Position numbers and translations under genes: made by a program. From assembly GCA_027015275.1 (NCBI GenBank), contig JALWCU010000135.1:1-42302 (forward strand): a DNA stretch of 42,302 nucleotides, written 5' to 3'. Under the pieces are notes generated by a model. That model worked only from the letters and a program-made list of their open reading frames with translations, was not told the origin of the DNA and ran no database searches. This document shows, piece after piece, positions 18,930-28,490 of the stretch (the stretch's first letter is position 1; each line of letters opens with the position of its first letter). This DNA comes from Bacteroidales bacterium. GTDB lineage: Bacteria; Bacteroidota; Bacteroidia; Bacteroidales; S143-33.

Positions 18930-20129
18930 ATGAGAACAAAGCCGTGTTTTTTTATAAGTATTTTTTTGCTTGTAGCAGTTTTTTTCTGGTCGTGTAAAAA
19001 TAAACCCGTAGTAGATACGCAATATTCTGTGTATAAGCCAATTTTGATGAGTCGCAGTGATTTGGTGAATTCTGTGGCAATTGAGCCTTCGAGAAGCATG
19101 GATACTGTTTTTAAGGTGGGTTTTATTGGTGATTGGCTGCTTGTAGGCGAGACGTACTGGGGAATACATGTTTTGGATAATTCTGACCCGAGAGATGTCA
19201 AGGAGCTGGCGTTCATAAGTATTCCAGGAATCACTGATTTTATAGTCAAAGACAGTGTAATTTTTGCAAATAATGCTGTTGACCTGGTAGCGATAAAACT
19301 TGTTTCGCCGACGCAAATACAGGTTTTGGACAGGGAGCAGGAAGTTTTCGGTGAGTTGCAGCCGCCAGATGGGCGCAAGGTAAATCCGTTGTTTATGAAA
19401 GGCAAAAGACCGGACAAAACAGAGATAATTGCCTGGGTTAGAGACAAAAATATTGGTTTGAATAGTGACAGTACTTTTCTGGTTACAAACCTTCTTGCCA
19501 GTGACAGAGATCATGTCTTTGCACTTATTGGACAGAGTGCAATAACTTATCAGATAACTGGTGGCAAGCTAACTTTCAAAAGCCTTACAAAGGCAAATTA
19601 TGATAATAATTATCGGATGCTATATTTTGATGGCCATTTGATGTTTTTAGGAAATAATTCTTTGAGAGTATTCTCTGTGGGTATGGACAATTTAGTTTTT
19701 TTGAATGAGTATTCTGGGGTTAATCCTACTAATTATTTTGCCTTTACTGGACAGCCAGGTAATTATATTATGGCTGCCAGTTTTCATTATGCGCCAGTGT
19801 TTTGGAGTTCTATAAATCAGGTGGAGATTTATCATGTTGGCAGTTTTGATGGTCTGAATCTGGATACAGTGCTTAGGCTTACTTATCCGTTGGATGTGAG
19901 GTTTGACGATAGTCTTTTGTTGGTGTGTGATCAGGGGATTAAAGTTTTTAGGTATGATTCACTTTTCCGCCAAGTTTTTTATGAGCCTGCGGATGCTCAG
20001 GTACTTTTCCAGAAAGATAGTTTGTTAGTGAGTATTGGTGAGATAACTCTTTCGCAATATATTCTGCGTGGTGATAGCCTGTCTCTGGTGTGGCATAAGC
20101 CTATAGAATTTTCTTGGGTAAATAACTGA
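18930..20129 (+). CDS. Lipoprotein with LVIVD-like repeats (probable beta-propeller)
   Basis: Lipobox FFWS-C-KNK; YKPILMSRSDL, WGIHVLDNSDP..FISIPG..D, NNAVDLVAI, LLVCDQGIKVF. Confidence 0.7.
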   Translation: MRTKPCFFISIFLLVAVFFWSCKNKPVVDTQYSVYKPILMSRSDLVNSVAIEPSRSMDTVFKVGFIGDWLLVGETYWGIHVLDNSDPRDVKELAFISIPGITDFIVKDSVIFANNAVDLVAIKLVSPTQIQVLDREQEVFGELQPPDGRKVNPLFMKGKRPDKTEIIAWVRDKNIGLNSDSTFLVTNLLASDRDHVFALIGQSAITYQITGGKLTFKSLTKANYDNNYRMLYFDGHLMFLGNNSLRVFSVGMDNLVFLNEYSGVNPTNYFAFTGQPGNYIMAASFHYAPVFWSSINQVEIYHVGSFDGLNLDTVLRLTYPLDVRFDDSLLLVCDQGIKVFRYDSLFRQVFYEPADAQVLFQKDSLLVSIGEITLSQYILRGDSLSLVWHKPIEFSWVNN

Positions 20130-21584
20130 TTACCAGGATATTTGTGCCTTAGGATGGTGAGTTAAGAAAGTTTTTATCTCGTTTCGTGGAATAAAATTTC
20201 CTCTCAGTTTTAGCTGCTGTAATTTGTTGAGATTGTTCAGGTTAGGAAGATGTGTGAAAGAATTGTTGCGAATGTCCAGAGACCGGAGATTTTTCATCAG
20301 ACTCATGTCAGGCAATGAAGATAGGGAATTGTCGCTTATATCGAGTGTTTCGAGATTCTCGAGTGCTGTGATAACTTGTGGGAGCTGATCGAAAAAATTG
20401 TGTGATAGCCTGAGGGTTTTCAGCTCTGAGAGTTTGTAAAGGCAAATAGGAAGAGATGTGAGCTGATTGTGGCTCAGATTAAGTTTTTCCAGAGTTGTGA
20501 GATTACAGAAGCTCAGAGGCAGGTTAGATATGTAATTGAAAGAAAGATTTAGCTCTGAGAGTGAGATAAATCGACCGATTTTGTCAGGTAATTTTTTTAT
20601 TTGGTTACGTGATAGGTCGATTGTATTGAGCATAATCAATTGCAGAAGTGCTTGTGGAAACTGCTGGTAGGAATTCCCAGCTAGGTCTATTTCTGCAAGG
20701 CTCAGTATGTTTCCTATTGATTTGGGCAGAGTGGAGAGGGCATTATCAGATAGGTCTAAAATTTTTAGCAGTCGCATGTCTTCAATATTCCTTGGCACGG
20801 ATGATATTAAATTCATTGATAGATTCAGGTATAACAAATGGCTGAGTTTTGCGATAGGTTCAGGGAAGAGAGTGAATTTATTGTTAGAAAGATTGAGAAT
20901 GATCAAGGATTTGAGATTGCCGAAGCTCTCTGGCAAAGACTGTAAATTGTTTTCTGATAGGTCTAAGATTCGTAGGTTTTCGAGTTGGCCAAAACTTGTG
21001 GGTAATGAAGTTAGCTGATTTCCCCATATAGATAAGTTATTGAGCTTGTGTAAGTTATTAATATTTTCGGGCAGTGATGTTATATTATTGCCGCCGAGCA
21101 AAAGGTTTTCCAGATGTGGAAGATTGAACATCTGCTCAGGAAGCTTGGAAATTAGATTTGTTTCCAGGTTGATGAGTTTCAGGAATTTAAGCTGACTAAT
21201 TTTGGGAGATATTTGGGAAATTAAGTTATCGTTGAGGCTCAAATATTCGAGATGAGGTAGCCTGGCTATTGCGTCTGGTATTTCCTTAATCTGGTTACTC
21301 GAGAGAACTAACATTTGTAGATTGTAGAGTTCAAAGACCTGCTCAGGTATCTGTGTGAGGTTCTGGTTAGACAGATTGAGCCGAAAGACTTTTTTAGGCT
21401 CTTTGAGAGCTTGCTTGAGGCTGGTATATTCCTTTGCAGATGGAAGATACTCTTCCCTGAGCAAGCCGTTTTCGTCTTTGTATTTGGATAGTAGATTCCC
21501 TCTACGGTCGAAGAGGAAGTCTTGAGCGCTTATTGTACTGACTGCGATGAGAGAAAAAAGTATTAGCCAGGCTATTCTTTTCAT
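20130..21584 (-). CDS. Secreted leucine-rich-repeat protein (about 18 LRRs)
   Basis: Sec signal ..STISA-Q; about 18 repeats of LxxLxLxxNxLxxLP (mostly 23 aa); N-cap YTSLKQALKEPKKVFRLNLS; C-cap LRGNFIPRNEIKTFLTHHPKAQISW. Confidence 0.92.
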   Translation of the reverse strand: MKRIAWLILFSLIAVSTISAQDFLFDRRGNLLSKYKDENGLLREEYLPSAKEYTSLKQALKEPKKVFRLNLSNQNLTQIPEQVFELYNLQMLVLSSNQIKEIPDAIARLPHLEYLSLNDNLISQISPKISQLKFLKLINLETNLISKLPEQMFNLPHLENLLLGGNNITSLPENINNLHKLNNLSIWGNQLTSLPTSFGQLENLRILDLSENNLQSLPESFGNLKSLIILNLSNNKFTLFPEPIAKLSHLLYLNLSMNLISSVPRNIEDMRLLKILDLSDNALSTLPKSIGNILSLAEIDLAGNSYQQFPQALLQLIMLNTIDLSRNQIKKLPDKIGRFISLSELNLSFNYISNLPLSFCNLTTLEKLNLSHNQLTSLPICLYKLSELKTLRLSHNFFDQLPQVITALENLETLDISDNSLSSLPDMSLMKNLRSLDIRNNSFTHLPNLNNLNKLQQLKLRGNFIPRNEIKTFLTHHPKAQISW

Positions 21585-21587
21585 TGT

Positions 21588-22367
21588 TTATTGGTTAATA
21601 ATTTTATAAAGCTCAGACAGATCAGGCGTAATGATGATTTCTGTCCTGCGATTGAGCATACGTCCTCTTTCTGTGAGATTTGGTGCGACAGGGTCATATT
21701 GTGCTTTGCCAGCCACTTCAATATTTTCTGGATTTATGCCATATTTGTTAATCAAAATTCGTGCAACAGATATTGAGCGGGCAGCACTCAGATCCCAGTT
21801 ATCTTTCCAGCAACGGCTTTTCTTGACAGGTACGTTGTCTGTGTGTCCTTCTATCATTATTTGCAAGTTTGGATTTTTTTTCAAGACTTTTGCAAGTTTG
21901 CCCAGAGCTCTTATACCCTGTGATTGTACTTTGTCGCTGCCAGAAGGGAAGAGCAGCTTGTCGCGCATTGTAACGTAGAGTTTTCCGTTTTTGATCTCTA
22001 TTTTCAGCTGGGATTCGTCATAGTCTGCGAGCATTTCTTTGACGGTCATTTGTACAGAGCGCAGAATAGAATCTTGTTTTTGTAGGACTTTCTGTAATTT
22101 AATGAGTTGCTGTTGTTTCTGTGCTATTAGCTTTGTGCCTTGCAAGGCTGATCTGAGAGCCAGATTGTATTTACTCTCGAGGACAGAATATTGGTTTTTT
22201 AGGTCAGTATAAAGCTTTTTGCAGCTTTCCAGGCTGTCTCGATAGCTTTTTATCTTCAGGTAAGCATGACGGCTGTTGAAAAACAAACCTGTGCTCAGCA
22301 GAGCAAAGATAATTAGAAACAGAGCTAAAAATTTGAGCCAGATATTTTCTGCGGACTTTTTCATCAT
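21588..22367 (-). CDS. OmpA/MotB-family peptidoglycan-binding protein (TM-coiled coil-OmpA_C)
   Basis: N-terminal TM, coiled coil, LLFPSGS, IEGHTDNVP, NWDLSAARS, NRRTEIII. Confidence 0.9.
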   Translation of the reverse strand: MMKKSAENIWLKFLALFLIIFALLSTGLFFNSRHAYLKIKSYRDSLESCKKLYTDLKNQYSVLESKYNLALRSALQGTKLIAQKQQQLIKLQKVLQKQDSILRSVQMTVKEMLADYDESQLKIEIKNGKLYVTMRDKLLFPSGSDKVQSQGIRALGKLAKVLKKNPNLQIMIEGHTDNVPVKKSRCWKDNWDLSAARSISVARILINKYGINPENIEVAGKAQYDPVAPNLTERGRMLNRRTEIIITPDLSELYKIINQ

Positions 22368-22389
22368 TCAAAAAGTTTAATATTTTTTA

Positions 22390-22397
22390 CAAAAGTA
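22390..22397 (-). promoter_or_regulatory. Bacteroidota -7 element for the MotB/OmpA-LRR unit
   Basis: TACTTTTG on the - strand, about 22 nt upstream of the ATG and downstream of the yajC terminator. Confidence 0.55.
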
Positions 22398-22423
22398 ATA
22401 AAAAACTTTTAGGAGCTAAAAAT

Positions 22424-22465
22424 AAAAAAGTCGCTACTGACTTTACTATAAAGTCAATAGCGACT
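22424..22465 (-). terminator. Intrinsic terminator after yajC
   Basis: AGTCGCTATTGACTTTA-TAG-TAAAGTCAGTAGCGACT followed by TTTTT on the - strand (one G-U pair on -). Confidence 0.88.
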
Positions 22466-22491
22466 AGCTTAGTGCAGTGGACTTTGATAGT

Positions 22492-22812
22492 TTAACGCTG
22501 CTCCAGATCGCTAGTGTCGCGAAGAATAGCACTCTTGTCAAATTTCATTTTGACGTTATTTGCAACCTCGAGAATAACGGCGTTGTCCTTTATCTGGGCA
22601 ACTTTCCCGTGAATACCGCCAATAGTAATGACTCTGTCGCCTTCCTTGAGTGAGTCACGGAATTTTTGCAGCTCTTTTTGTTTCTTAGACTGCGGACGAA
22701 TCATGAATAGCCACATTATCAGAAACAAAAGGCCTAAGAATATAATCATTGTCCAGGGATTACCTTGTTGTGCTGCTGCTGGTGCTTGTTGTAGAAAAAC
22801 AAAATTTGTCAT
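22492..22812 (-). CDS. yajC: Preprotein translocase subunit YajC
   Basis: WLFMIRPQSKKQKE, LKEGDRVITIGGIHGKV, KFDKSAI. Confidence 0.96.
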   Translation of the reverse strand: MTNFVFLQQAPAAAQQGNPWTMIIFLGLLFLIMWLFMIRPQSKKQKELQKFRDSLKEGDRVITIGGIHGKVAQIKDNAVILEVANNVKMKFDKSAILRDTSDLEQR

Positions 22813-22832
22813 AGTTTATAAGTTTTTGTGTT

Positions 22833-23252
22833 TTAATAATTTGTATTTATATTACCTTCAATAGTTAGTGTGATTACGCTGTCTTTTGTGTTTGTGAAAA
22901 CTTTTGCTGTTTTTATCTGATAACCAGAATATCCGTCTGAGTTGAATATTAATTTTATCTCAGCTGTATCACCAGGGTTTATTGGCTTACGTGGGAACTG
23001 ACTTACGGTACATCCACAGCTGGGCTGTACATCATAAATTATTAATGGTGCATCACCAGTATTTTTAACCTCAAAAGGAATCATTATTTCTACGCCCTCG
23101 TCTATTGTCCCAAAATTAACATCCATTTGTGGAATTTCAATCTTAGGACTGCCGATAAAATACCCTTTATCCTGTTTCTTTATTTTGTTATTGTTTGAGT
23201 TACAAGATATTGAAAAAAATATTATGAACAAATATACAAAATACTTTTTCAT
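22833..23252 (-). CDS. DUF1573 domain lipoprotein
   Basis: Lipobox SIS-C; NFGTI, FEVKNTGDAPLII, PSCGCT, PINPG; usual position between nusB and yajC. Confidence 0.88.
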   Translation of the reverse strand: MKKYFVYLFIIFFSISCNSNNNKIKKQDKGYFIGSPKIEIPQMDVNFGTIDEGVEIMIPFEVKNTGDAPLIIYDVQPSCGCTVSQFPRKPINPGDTAEIKLIFNSDGYSGYQIKTAKVFTNTKDSVITLTIEGNINTNY

Positions 23253-24199
23253 TACATAAGTCCTTTACCGGTTTTAGTAATAAGGTTTTCTTGTTCAAAT
23301 TTCTTTACGATTTTGTCAAGAATGCCATTGATAAATGCCGGACTCTTCTGTGTACTGTAGAATCTGGCAATGTCAATATATTCGTCCAGTGTAACCTTCA
23401 CTGGTATTTGTTCAAAGTAAAGAATTTCGTGAATAGCTTGCAAGAGAATTATGACATCAATTTTTGCCAGACGGCTCATATCCCAGTTTTCTATATGATC
23501 TTCAAGTATTTGTAAGTATTGTGCCTGGCGAATTAGAGTCTTGTTCAGTAGCTCTTTAGCAAAGTTAATATCCTCTGGATTGCGAAATCTTACAAACAGC
23601 TTTTTGCGTAAATCATCACCAATGCTATAACGCTCAATCAAGTGAAAAACAACTATCAGAGCATAATCTACACTATCCCCCCAAAAAATACTTTTCTCTT
23701 CGAGGTTGTCGTATAAATCATCGTTGTCGAAAAGAATTTTCTCTATTATAAAGAGAATCATTTTTTTATCTTCGCTGTAGCTTCTCTCATTGCCAGCCAT
23801 GAATTCCTTGTAAAATTCATTTTCTTTAATCTGTTCAAAGATTTTTTTTATCAATTCCCTGTCAGCCTCGTCGTTCCATTTATGAGAAATACGACGTAGA
23901 TTCTCTTGATAATCAGTGTTTTCTCTTAGTTGAGTGATTATTTGATTATCAATGAATTTAGTATTAGGTTGTAGGTCTTCTTCACTTGGTAGGAGTTTGT
24001 TTTTTGCTTGCTCTAGTTTCCAGCGTGCGAAATCAAAAATTTCAACGACAAAAGAAGTTAAGTAGTAAAACAAGTCATACAAGCGGTCTATGCTTTCCAT
24101 GAGCTGACCTTCTGCATGCTGTGTAGATTTGATTCCATCAAGCTTGTATGAATAAATAGTTTGCAGAACCTTAATGCGGATAAGTCGTCGGCTTATCAT
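23252..24199 (-). CDS. nusB: Transcription antitermination factor NusB (Bacteroidota long form)
   Basis: MISRRLIRIKVLQTIY, NWDMSRLAKID, IPVKVTLDEYIDIARFYST..S..FINGILD. Confidence 0.95.
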   Translation of the reverse strand: MISRRLIRIKVLQTIYSYKLDGIKSTQHAEGQLMESIDRLYDLFYYLTSFVVEIFDFARWKLEQAKNKLLPSEEDLQPNTKFIDNQIITQLRENTDYQENLRRISHKWNDEADRELIKKIFEQIKENEFYKEFMAGNERSYSEDKKMILFIIEKILFDNDDLYDNLEEKSIFWGDSVDYALIVVFHLIERYSIGDDLRKKLFVRFRNPEDINFAKELLNKTLIRQAQYLQILEDHIENWDMSRLAKIDVIILLQAIHEILYFEQIPVKVTLDEYIDIARFYSTQKSPAFINGILDKIVKKFEQENLITKTGKGLM

Positions 24200-24233
24200 T
24201 GTCTATTATGTGATTAAATTAATGTTTCGCGTG

Positions 24234-24241
24234 CAAAGCTA
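24234..24241 (-). promoter_or_regulatory. Bacteroidota -7 element for nusB-DUF1573-yajC
   Basis: TAGCTTTG(CA) on the - strand. Confidence 0.7.
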
Positions 24242-24421
24242 AGAGATAAAAATATTTTTGTGAAATCTTTAAGCTAATTTATGTTTTCTGTCAATGTCTT
24301 TGTTTGTTTCATTGCAAAGGCTATTTAATCTCGATTTTACTCTGAGGATAGCATAACTTTCTGAAGATAATTTTTTTGTAAACGTTTGTCATGAGTTGGT
24401 CTTTTATTCTCTACATTTTTA

Positions 24422-24429
24422 TAAATTTG
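24422..24429 (+). promoter_or_regulatory. Bacteroidota -7 element for pgi
   Basis: TAAATTTG, about 31 nt upstream of the ATG; a second copy lies nearer the start. Confidence 0.5.
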
Positions 24430-24460
24430 GGACCTGGTAAATACATAAATTTGTGATATT

Positions 24461-25741
24461 ATGGAAATGATTAAGTTAAATCAGGATTTTGTTAAGGACT
24501 CGTTGAATGTGCATGAGTTGGAAAGTCTTATGGATTCGGCCAGTGAGATGAATCAGATGCTCGAGAAAAAGACTGGTAAGGGTGCAGATTTCCTTGGTTG
24601 GGTAGATCAGCCTACTAGAATGGAAGAGAAGGAATTAACTCAAATTCAAGATATTGCCGATAGGCTCAGACAAAAATCGGATGTTTTAGTGGTAATAGGT
24701 ATAGGTGGCTCTTATCTCGGGTCAAAGGCGACGATCGAGGCACTCTCTCCTTTCTTTGCACATAAGAAAGTTATTTATGCTGGAATAAACTTGAATGAAA
24801 AGTATTTAGTACAGCTGCTTAATTATCTGAAAAACAAGGAGTTTGCTTTGTGTATGATTTCCAAATCTGGGACCACACTTGAACCGGCTGTAGCATTTCG
24901 CCAGCTCAGGGAACTGGCATATAGGAAGTATGGTGATAGGGCAAAAGAACGAATACTAGCAATAACCAATCCCCGAAAAGGCAATTTATTGGAGCTTTCC
25001 AAAAAGGAAGGTTATCATTTGCTCTCTATACCTGATGATATTGGAGGGCGTTATTCTATTTTTTCGCCAGCAGGATTGTTGCCAATCGCTTATGCTGGCA
25101 TTGACATCAGACAGTTAATGGATGGTGCGCGCGTTATGCAGATACATACAAGCTCACAGAACAAAGGAAATTTGTCAGAACAATATGCAGCTTTGCGAAA
25201 CGCTTTGTACAGGCAGAATTTTGCTGTGGAGATACTCACTACTTATTCTGCACAGCTGGAATATGTTCAGCGATGGTGGCAGCAATTATTTGGTGAGAGT
25301 GAAGGTAAAGAAAACAAAGGTATTTTCCCTGCTGTAGCGCAGTTTACCACGGATTTACATTCTTTGGGTCAGTACATACAGCAAGGAAAGCGTAATTTGT
25401 TTGAGACAGTAATATTTGACACATACCAGCCAGGGGAGGTAACTGTGCAGAAAGAAGCTGAAGATTTCGACGGACTTAATTACTTGGCAGGCAAGTCTTT
25501 GGCAGAAATAAATCATAAAGCATTTGAAGGTACTCTCAAGGCTCATGTGAGTGGAGGAGTGCCGAATATTGTGATAGAGCTTCCCAAGATTAATGAGTTT
25601 ATTCTAGGGCAATTGTTTTATTTTTTCATGCGTTCTTGTGGTATTAGTGGATATTTGCTTGGTGTTAATCCATTTGACCAGCCTGGTGTGGAGTTTTATA
25701 AGCAGAACATGTTTAAGCTTTTGGGAAGGCCTGGCTATTAG
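24461..25741 (+). CDS. pgi: Glucose-6-phosphate isomerase
   Basis: VIGIGGSYLG, ISKSGTTLEP, DIGGRYS, QQLFGESEGK, DLHSLGQ, NPFDQPGVEFYK. Confidence 0.97.
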   Translation: MEMIKLNQDFVKDSLNVHELESLMDSASEMNQMLEKKTGKGADFLGWVDQPTRMEEKELTQIQDIADRLRQKSDVLVVIGIGGSYLGSKATIEALSPFFAHKKVIYAGINLNEKYLVQLLNYLKNKEFALCMISKSGTTLEPAVAFRQLRELAYRKYGDRAKERILAITNPRKGNLLELSKKEGYHLLSIPDDIGGRYSIFSPAGLLPIAYAGIDIRQLMDGARVMQIHTSSQNKGNLSEQYAALRNALYRQNFAVEILTTYSAQLEYVQRWWQQLFGESEGKENKGIFPAVAQFTTDLHSLGQYIQQGKRNLFETVIFDTYQPGEVTVQKEAEDFDGLNYLAGKSLAEINHKAFEGTLKAHVSGGVPNIVIELPKINEFILGQLFYFFMRSCGISGYLLGVNPFDQPGVEFYKQNMFKLLGRPGY

Positions 25742-25877
25742 TTCGTTGCATTAATTATGTCTTTGTAATAATAAGTTGGGTTAATATCCTGAGATGTTGA
25801 TATTTGCAAAAAATTGTTTTGAATTGAATGATTTTTGATTAACTTTATAAAACAATTTAGAAACTAAATTTTTAGTG

Positions 25878-27923
25878 ATGAAGCGGAATGTTAAGATGAG
25901 TATGGGGCAGAAAGCCTCTATTATATATGCTTTTATAACACTCGTCATTATAGGTTTTCTCATTTATACTTATTTGAATGTTAATGGACTTCGTTCAAGT
26001 AATGAATATTTGTACAATAATTACATGCGTGCCATTGAAGATGTTTCGAACTTGAGATATATTGTCAAGACTTCGGAGGCATATATAACACGGTGGCTTC
26101 TTGTAGATCAGGATACTTCAGCACAAGACTATCATGCTTATTTTAAGCTTGTCAACAAAGATTACTATAATCTCAAGGGTCAGATCTGGCCTATTGTTGA
26201 TTTTTGGCCCAAGGACTTGCAAAATATTTATTATCAGACTATTGATAAGGTAGATACTTTAGTAACAAGACAGAAAATTTTACTAGGGCAGTTCGATGAC
26301 TTGCAATCCTTTACGAATACGAAGAGTTATTTATCAGCACTTGAGGCTCTTAGGGAAGGAGGTAGGCTCAGCGGTCTTGAGCATGACATACTTTACTCTA
26401 TTGATGAGCTAAGTAGTAGTTTAAATGATTTGCTTAAGGGTTATGTTGCTAAAAATAATAAAATGGCTAGGGCTTATAGGCGGTTTCTTATTTTTGGTGT
26501 GTTTTTATTCTTGATCCTAATCTCGATAGCAGTATTCATGTTTATTAATAACATTTTGGCTAATGTCAGCAAAATTAATAATATATCTTTACAATTATCA
26601 AGAGGTGAGCTGGTAAATATCCCATGGAGTGCGAGAAGTGATGAGCTGGGAATATTTTATGAAAATCTCAGGTCAATAAATGAATATCTCAGGCGAGCAA
26701 GTGAGTTCGCATCGCATCTTTCGAAAAATGATTTTAGCTTTGAGTTTGAGCCAGCTAGCCCCAATGATGCGTTGGGTAATGCTATGCTTAGCCTGCGGGA
26801 CAATCTGATAAATGCCCAGAAAGAAGCTGAGCTCAGGCGTATAGAGAACCAGCAGCGCCAGTGGTCTTCGCAGGGTATAGCCGAATTTGCAGAAATCCTT
26901 CGTGAACATTCTAATGACCTTAATGAACTGGCTAGCTCTGTTATTGCAAAGTTGGTCAATTATACTGTGGCTAATGTTGGCGGTATTTATGTGATTGATG
27001 ACGAAGACCCGGATAATGTGATGATAGAGCTGAAGGCTTTTTATGCTTTTGATAGGCACAAGTTTGTAGAACGTAAATTTCCCCCTGGAGAGACGCTTAT
27101 AGGTCAGTGTTATCTGGAAGGTAAGACTATTTACATGAACGATGTTCCCAAGGATTATATGAAGATTGTCTCTGGTCTGGGGTCTGATGCGCCACGCAGT
27201 ATCCTTATAGTCCCATTGATTGTTAATGAGAAGGTTATGGGTATTGTGGAGCTTGCTTCTTTTCAGGAGTTTGAGCCTTATCAGAGAGAATTTGTTGAGA
27301 AGATAGGTGAATCTATCGCTGCTTCTATTTCTACTGTTAAAATTAATATTCGAACGCAGAAACTCTTGGAAGAGATGGCTCAAAAGTCCCAGGAATTGGC
27401 GGAAAAGGAAGCAAAATCTCGCCAGGATTTAGCAGAAAAAGAACATCGAATCAAGGAGCTGGAAAAGAACCTGGAGCAGGAGAGAAAAAAATTAGACCAG
27501 ATACTTAAGCAGAGAAATCAGCTGGAGTATGACCTTAAGCAGGTGAAAATCCAGTGTGAGCAAGACATCAGAGCCAGAGAAGTAGAGCTTGGAAACCTTC
27601 TTCTGTCCATAAATAATACAATAGGTTATTTTGTCCTGAGCTATAGTGGTGATTTTATCGATGCCAATACTTTATATCTTTCTTTTATTAAAGCTACAAA
27701 AGATGATATTGTTGGAACCAAGCATCAAAAATTCATTGGCATTGACTTTGTCAACTCTGGCAATTACAAGAAGATATGGGATGAGCTGAAACTGGGCAAG
27801 ACTGTTAAAACTTCTGTCCAATATACCCTGGAAGGCAAGAGCCGTTATGTCAACGAAGTTTATACGCCTATTCTAAACTCACAGGGTTCTTTGGATAAGG
27901 TTATTGTCTTTAGCTTTGTGTAA
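25878..27923 (+). CDS. Membrane sensor: TM-periplasmic helical domain-TM-HAMP-GAF-coiled coil-PAS, no output domain
   Basis: Two TMs flanking about 170 aa; HAMP-like RSDELG and NDALGNAML; GAF (GETLIGQCYLEGKTIY, SILIVPL..GIVELAS); C-terminal PAS-like (GDFIDANTLY..DIVGTKH..YKKIWDELKLG..YTPILNSQG). Start ATG 25878 or GTG 25875. Confidence 0.8.
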   Translation: MKRNVKMSMGQKASIIYAFITLVIIGFLIYTYLNVNGLRSSNEYLYNNYMRAIEDVSNLRYIVKTSEAYITRWLLVDQDTSAQDYHAYFKLVNKDYYNLKGQIWPIVDFWPKDLQNIYYQTIDKVDTLVTRQKILLGQFDDLQSFTNTKSYLSALEALREGGRLSGLEHDILYSIDELSSSLNDLLKGYVAKNNKMARAYRRFLIFGVFLFLILISIAVFMFINNILANVSKINNISLQLSRGELVNIPWSARSDELGIFYENLRSINEYLRRASEFASHLSKNDFSFEFEPASPNDALGNAMLSLRDNLINAQKEAELRRIENQQRQWSSQGIAEFAEILREHSNDLNELASSVIAKLVNYTVANVGGIYVIDDEDPDNVMIELKAFYAFDRHKFVERKFPPGETLIGQCYLEGKTIYMNDVPKDYMKIVSGLGSDAPRSILIVPLIVNEKVMGIVELASFQEFEPYQREFVEKIGESIAASISTVKINIRTQKLLEEMAQKSQELAEKEAKSRQDLAEKEHRIKELEKNLEQERKKLDQILKQRNQLEYDLKQVKIQCEQDIRAREVELGNLLLSINNTIGYFVLSYSGDFIDANTLYLSFIKATKDDIVGTKHQKFIGIDFVNSGNYKKIWDELKLGKTVKTSVQYTLEGKSRYVNEVYTPILNSQGSLDKVIVFSFV

Positions 27924-27965
27924 TGGCTTAGTAGTCTGATAGCCGAAGGTGAGAAAAATATTGTC

Positions 27966-28490
27966 ATGCGAAATAAAAGCTTTAGCCTGGACAACAAGAG
28001 CTTTGAACGCTATTTCAAGCAGTTATTCCCGTCTTTAACATATTATGCTTTTAAAATTATCAGGGATTATGATACTGCCAAAGATGTTGTGCACGAAGCA
28101 TTTACTAAACTTTGGGAGAACCGCAAAAATATTGATACCCAGGGAAATGTAAAATCATATCTCTATCGTTCGGTTCATAATCTCAGCCTTAATTATATCC
28201 GCGACAACAAGAAATTTGCAGACATAGAGAATAGTCCAGAAGCTGGCGAGTATCCGATAGAGACAGGCGACAAAATAGAGACCGCAGAGCTGGAGCAGGC
28301 AATAATCGAGACAATAGAATCTATGCCAGAGAGAATGAAACAGGTTTTTATCCTTAGCCGTTATGAAGGACTCACTTACAAGGAGATAAGCCAAAAGCTT
28401 GGCATATCAGATAAAACTGTAGAAGTGCATATATCAAGGGCATTGAAGATTTTGCGGGACAATCTAAAGAATTTCATTGACACTGAGTAA
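27966..28490 (+). CDS. ECF RNA polymerase sigma-70 factor (FecI-like, Bacteroidota type)
   Basis: AKDVVHEAFTKLWE, SYLYRSVHN..LNYIR, MPERMKQVFILSRYEGLTYKEISQKLGISDKTVEVHISRALK. Confidence 0.95.
   Translation: MRNKSFSLDNKSFERYFKQLFPSLTYYAFKIIRDYDTAKDVVHEAFTKLWENRKNIDTQGNVKSYLYRSVHNLSLNYIRDNKKFADIENSPEAGEYPIETGDKIETAELEQAIIETIESMPERMKQVFILSRYEGLTYKEISQKLGISDKTVEVHISRALKILRDNLKNFIDTE

Noticed and set aside
18896..19514. Two long antisense ORFs (183 and 196 aa) over the LVIVD lipoprotein
   Set aside because: Atypical composition and no family motifs; the + strand gene has a lipobox and repeats
20130..21584. Periodic ~69-nt pattern suggesting a CRISPR or tandem DNA array
   Set aside because: Periodicity is at protein level (LRRs); nucleotide repeats are degenerate and there are no cas genes
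26657..27383. 236-aa and 100-aa antisense ORFs inside the GAF sensor
   Set aside because: Fully embedded opposite a well-supported gene, with no motifs; shadow ORFs
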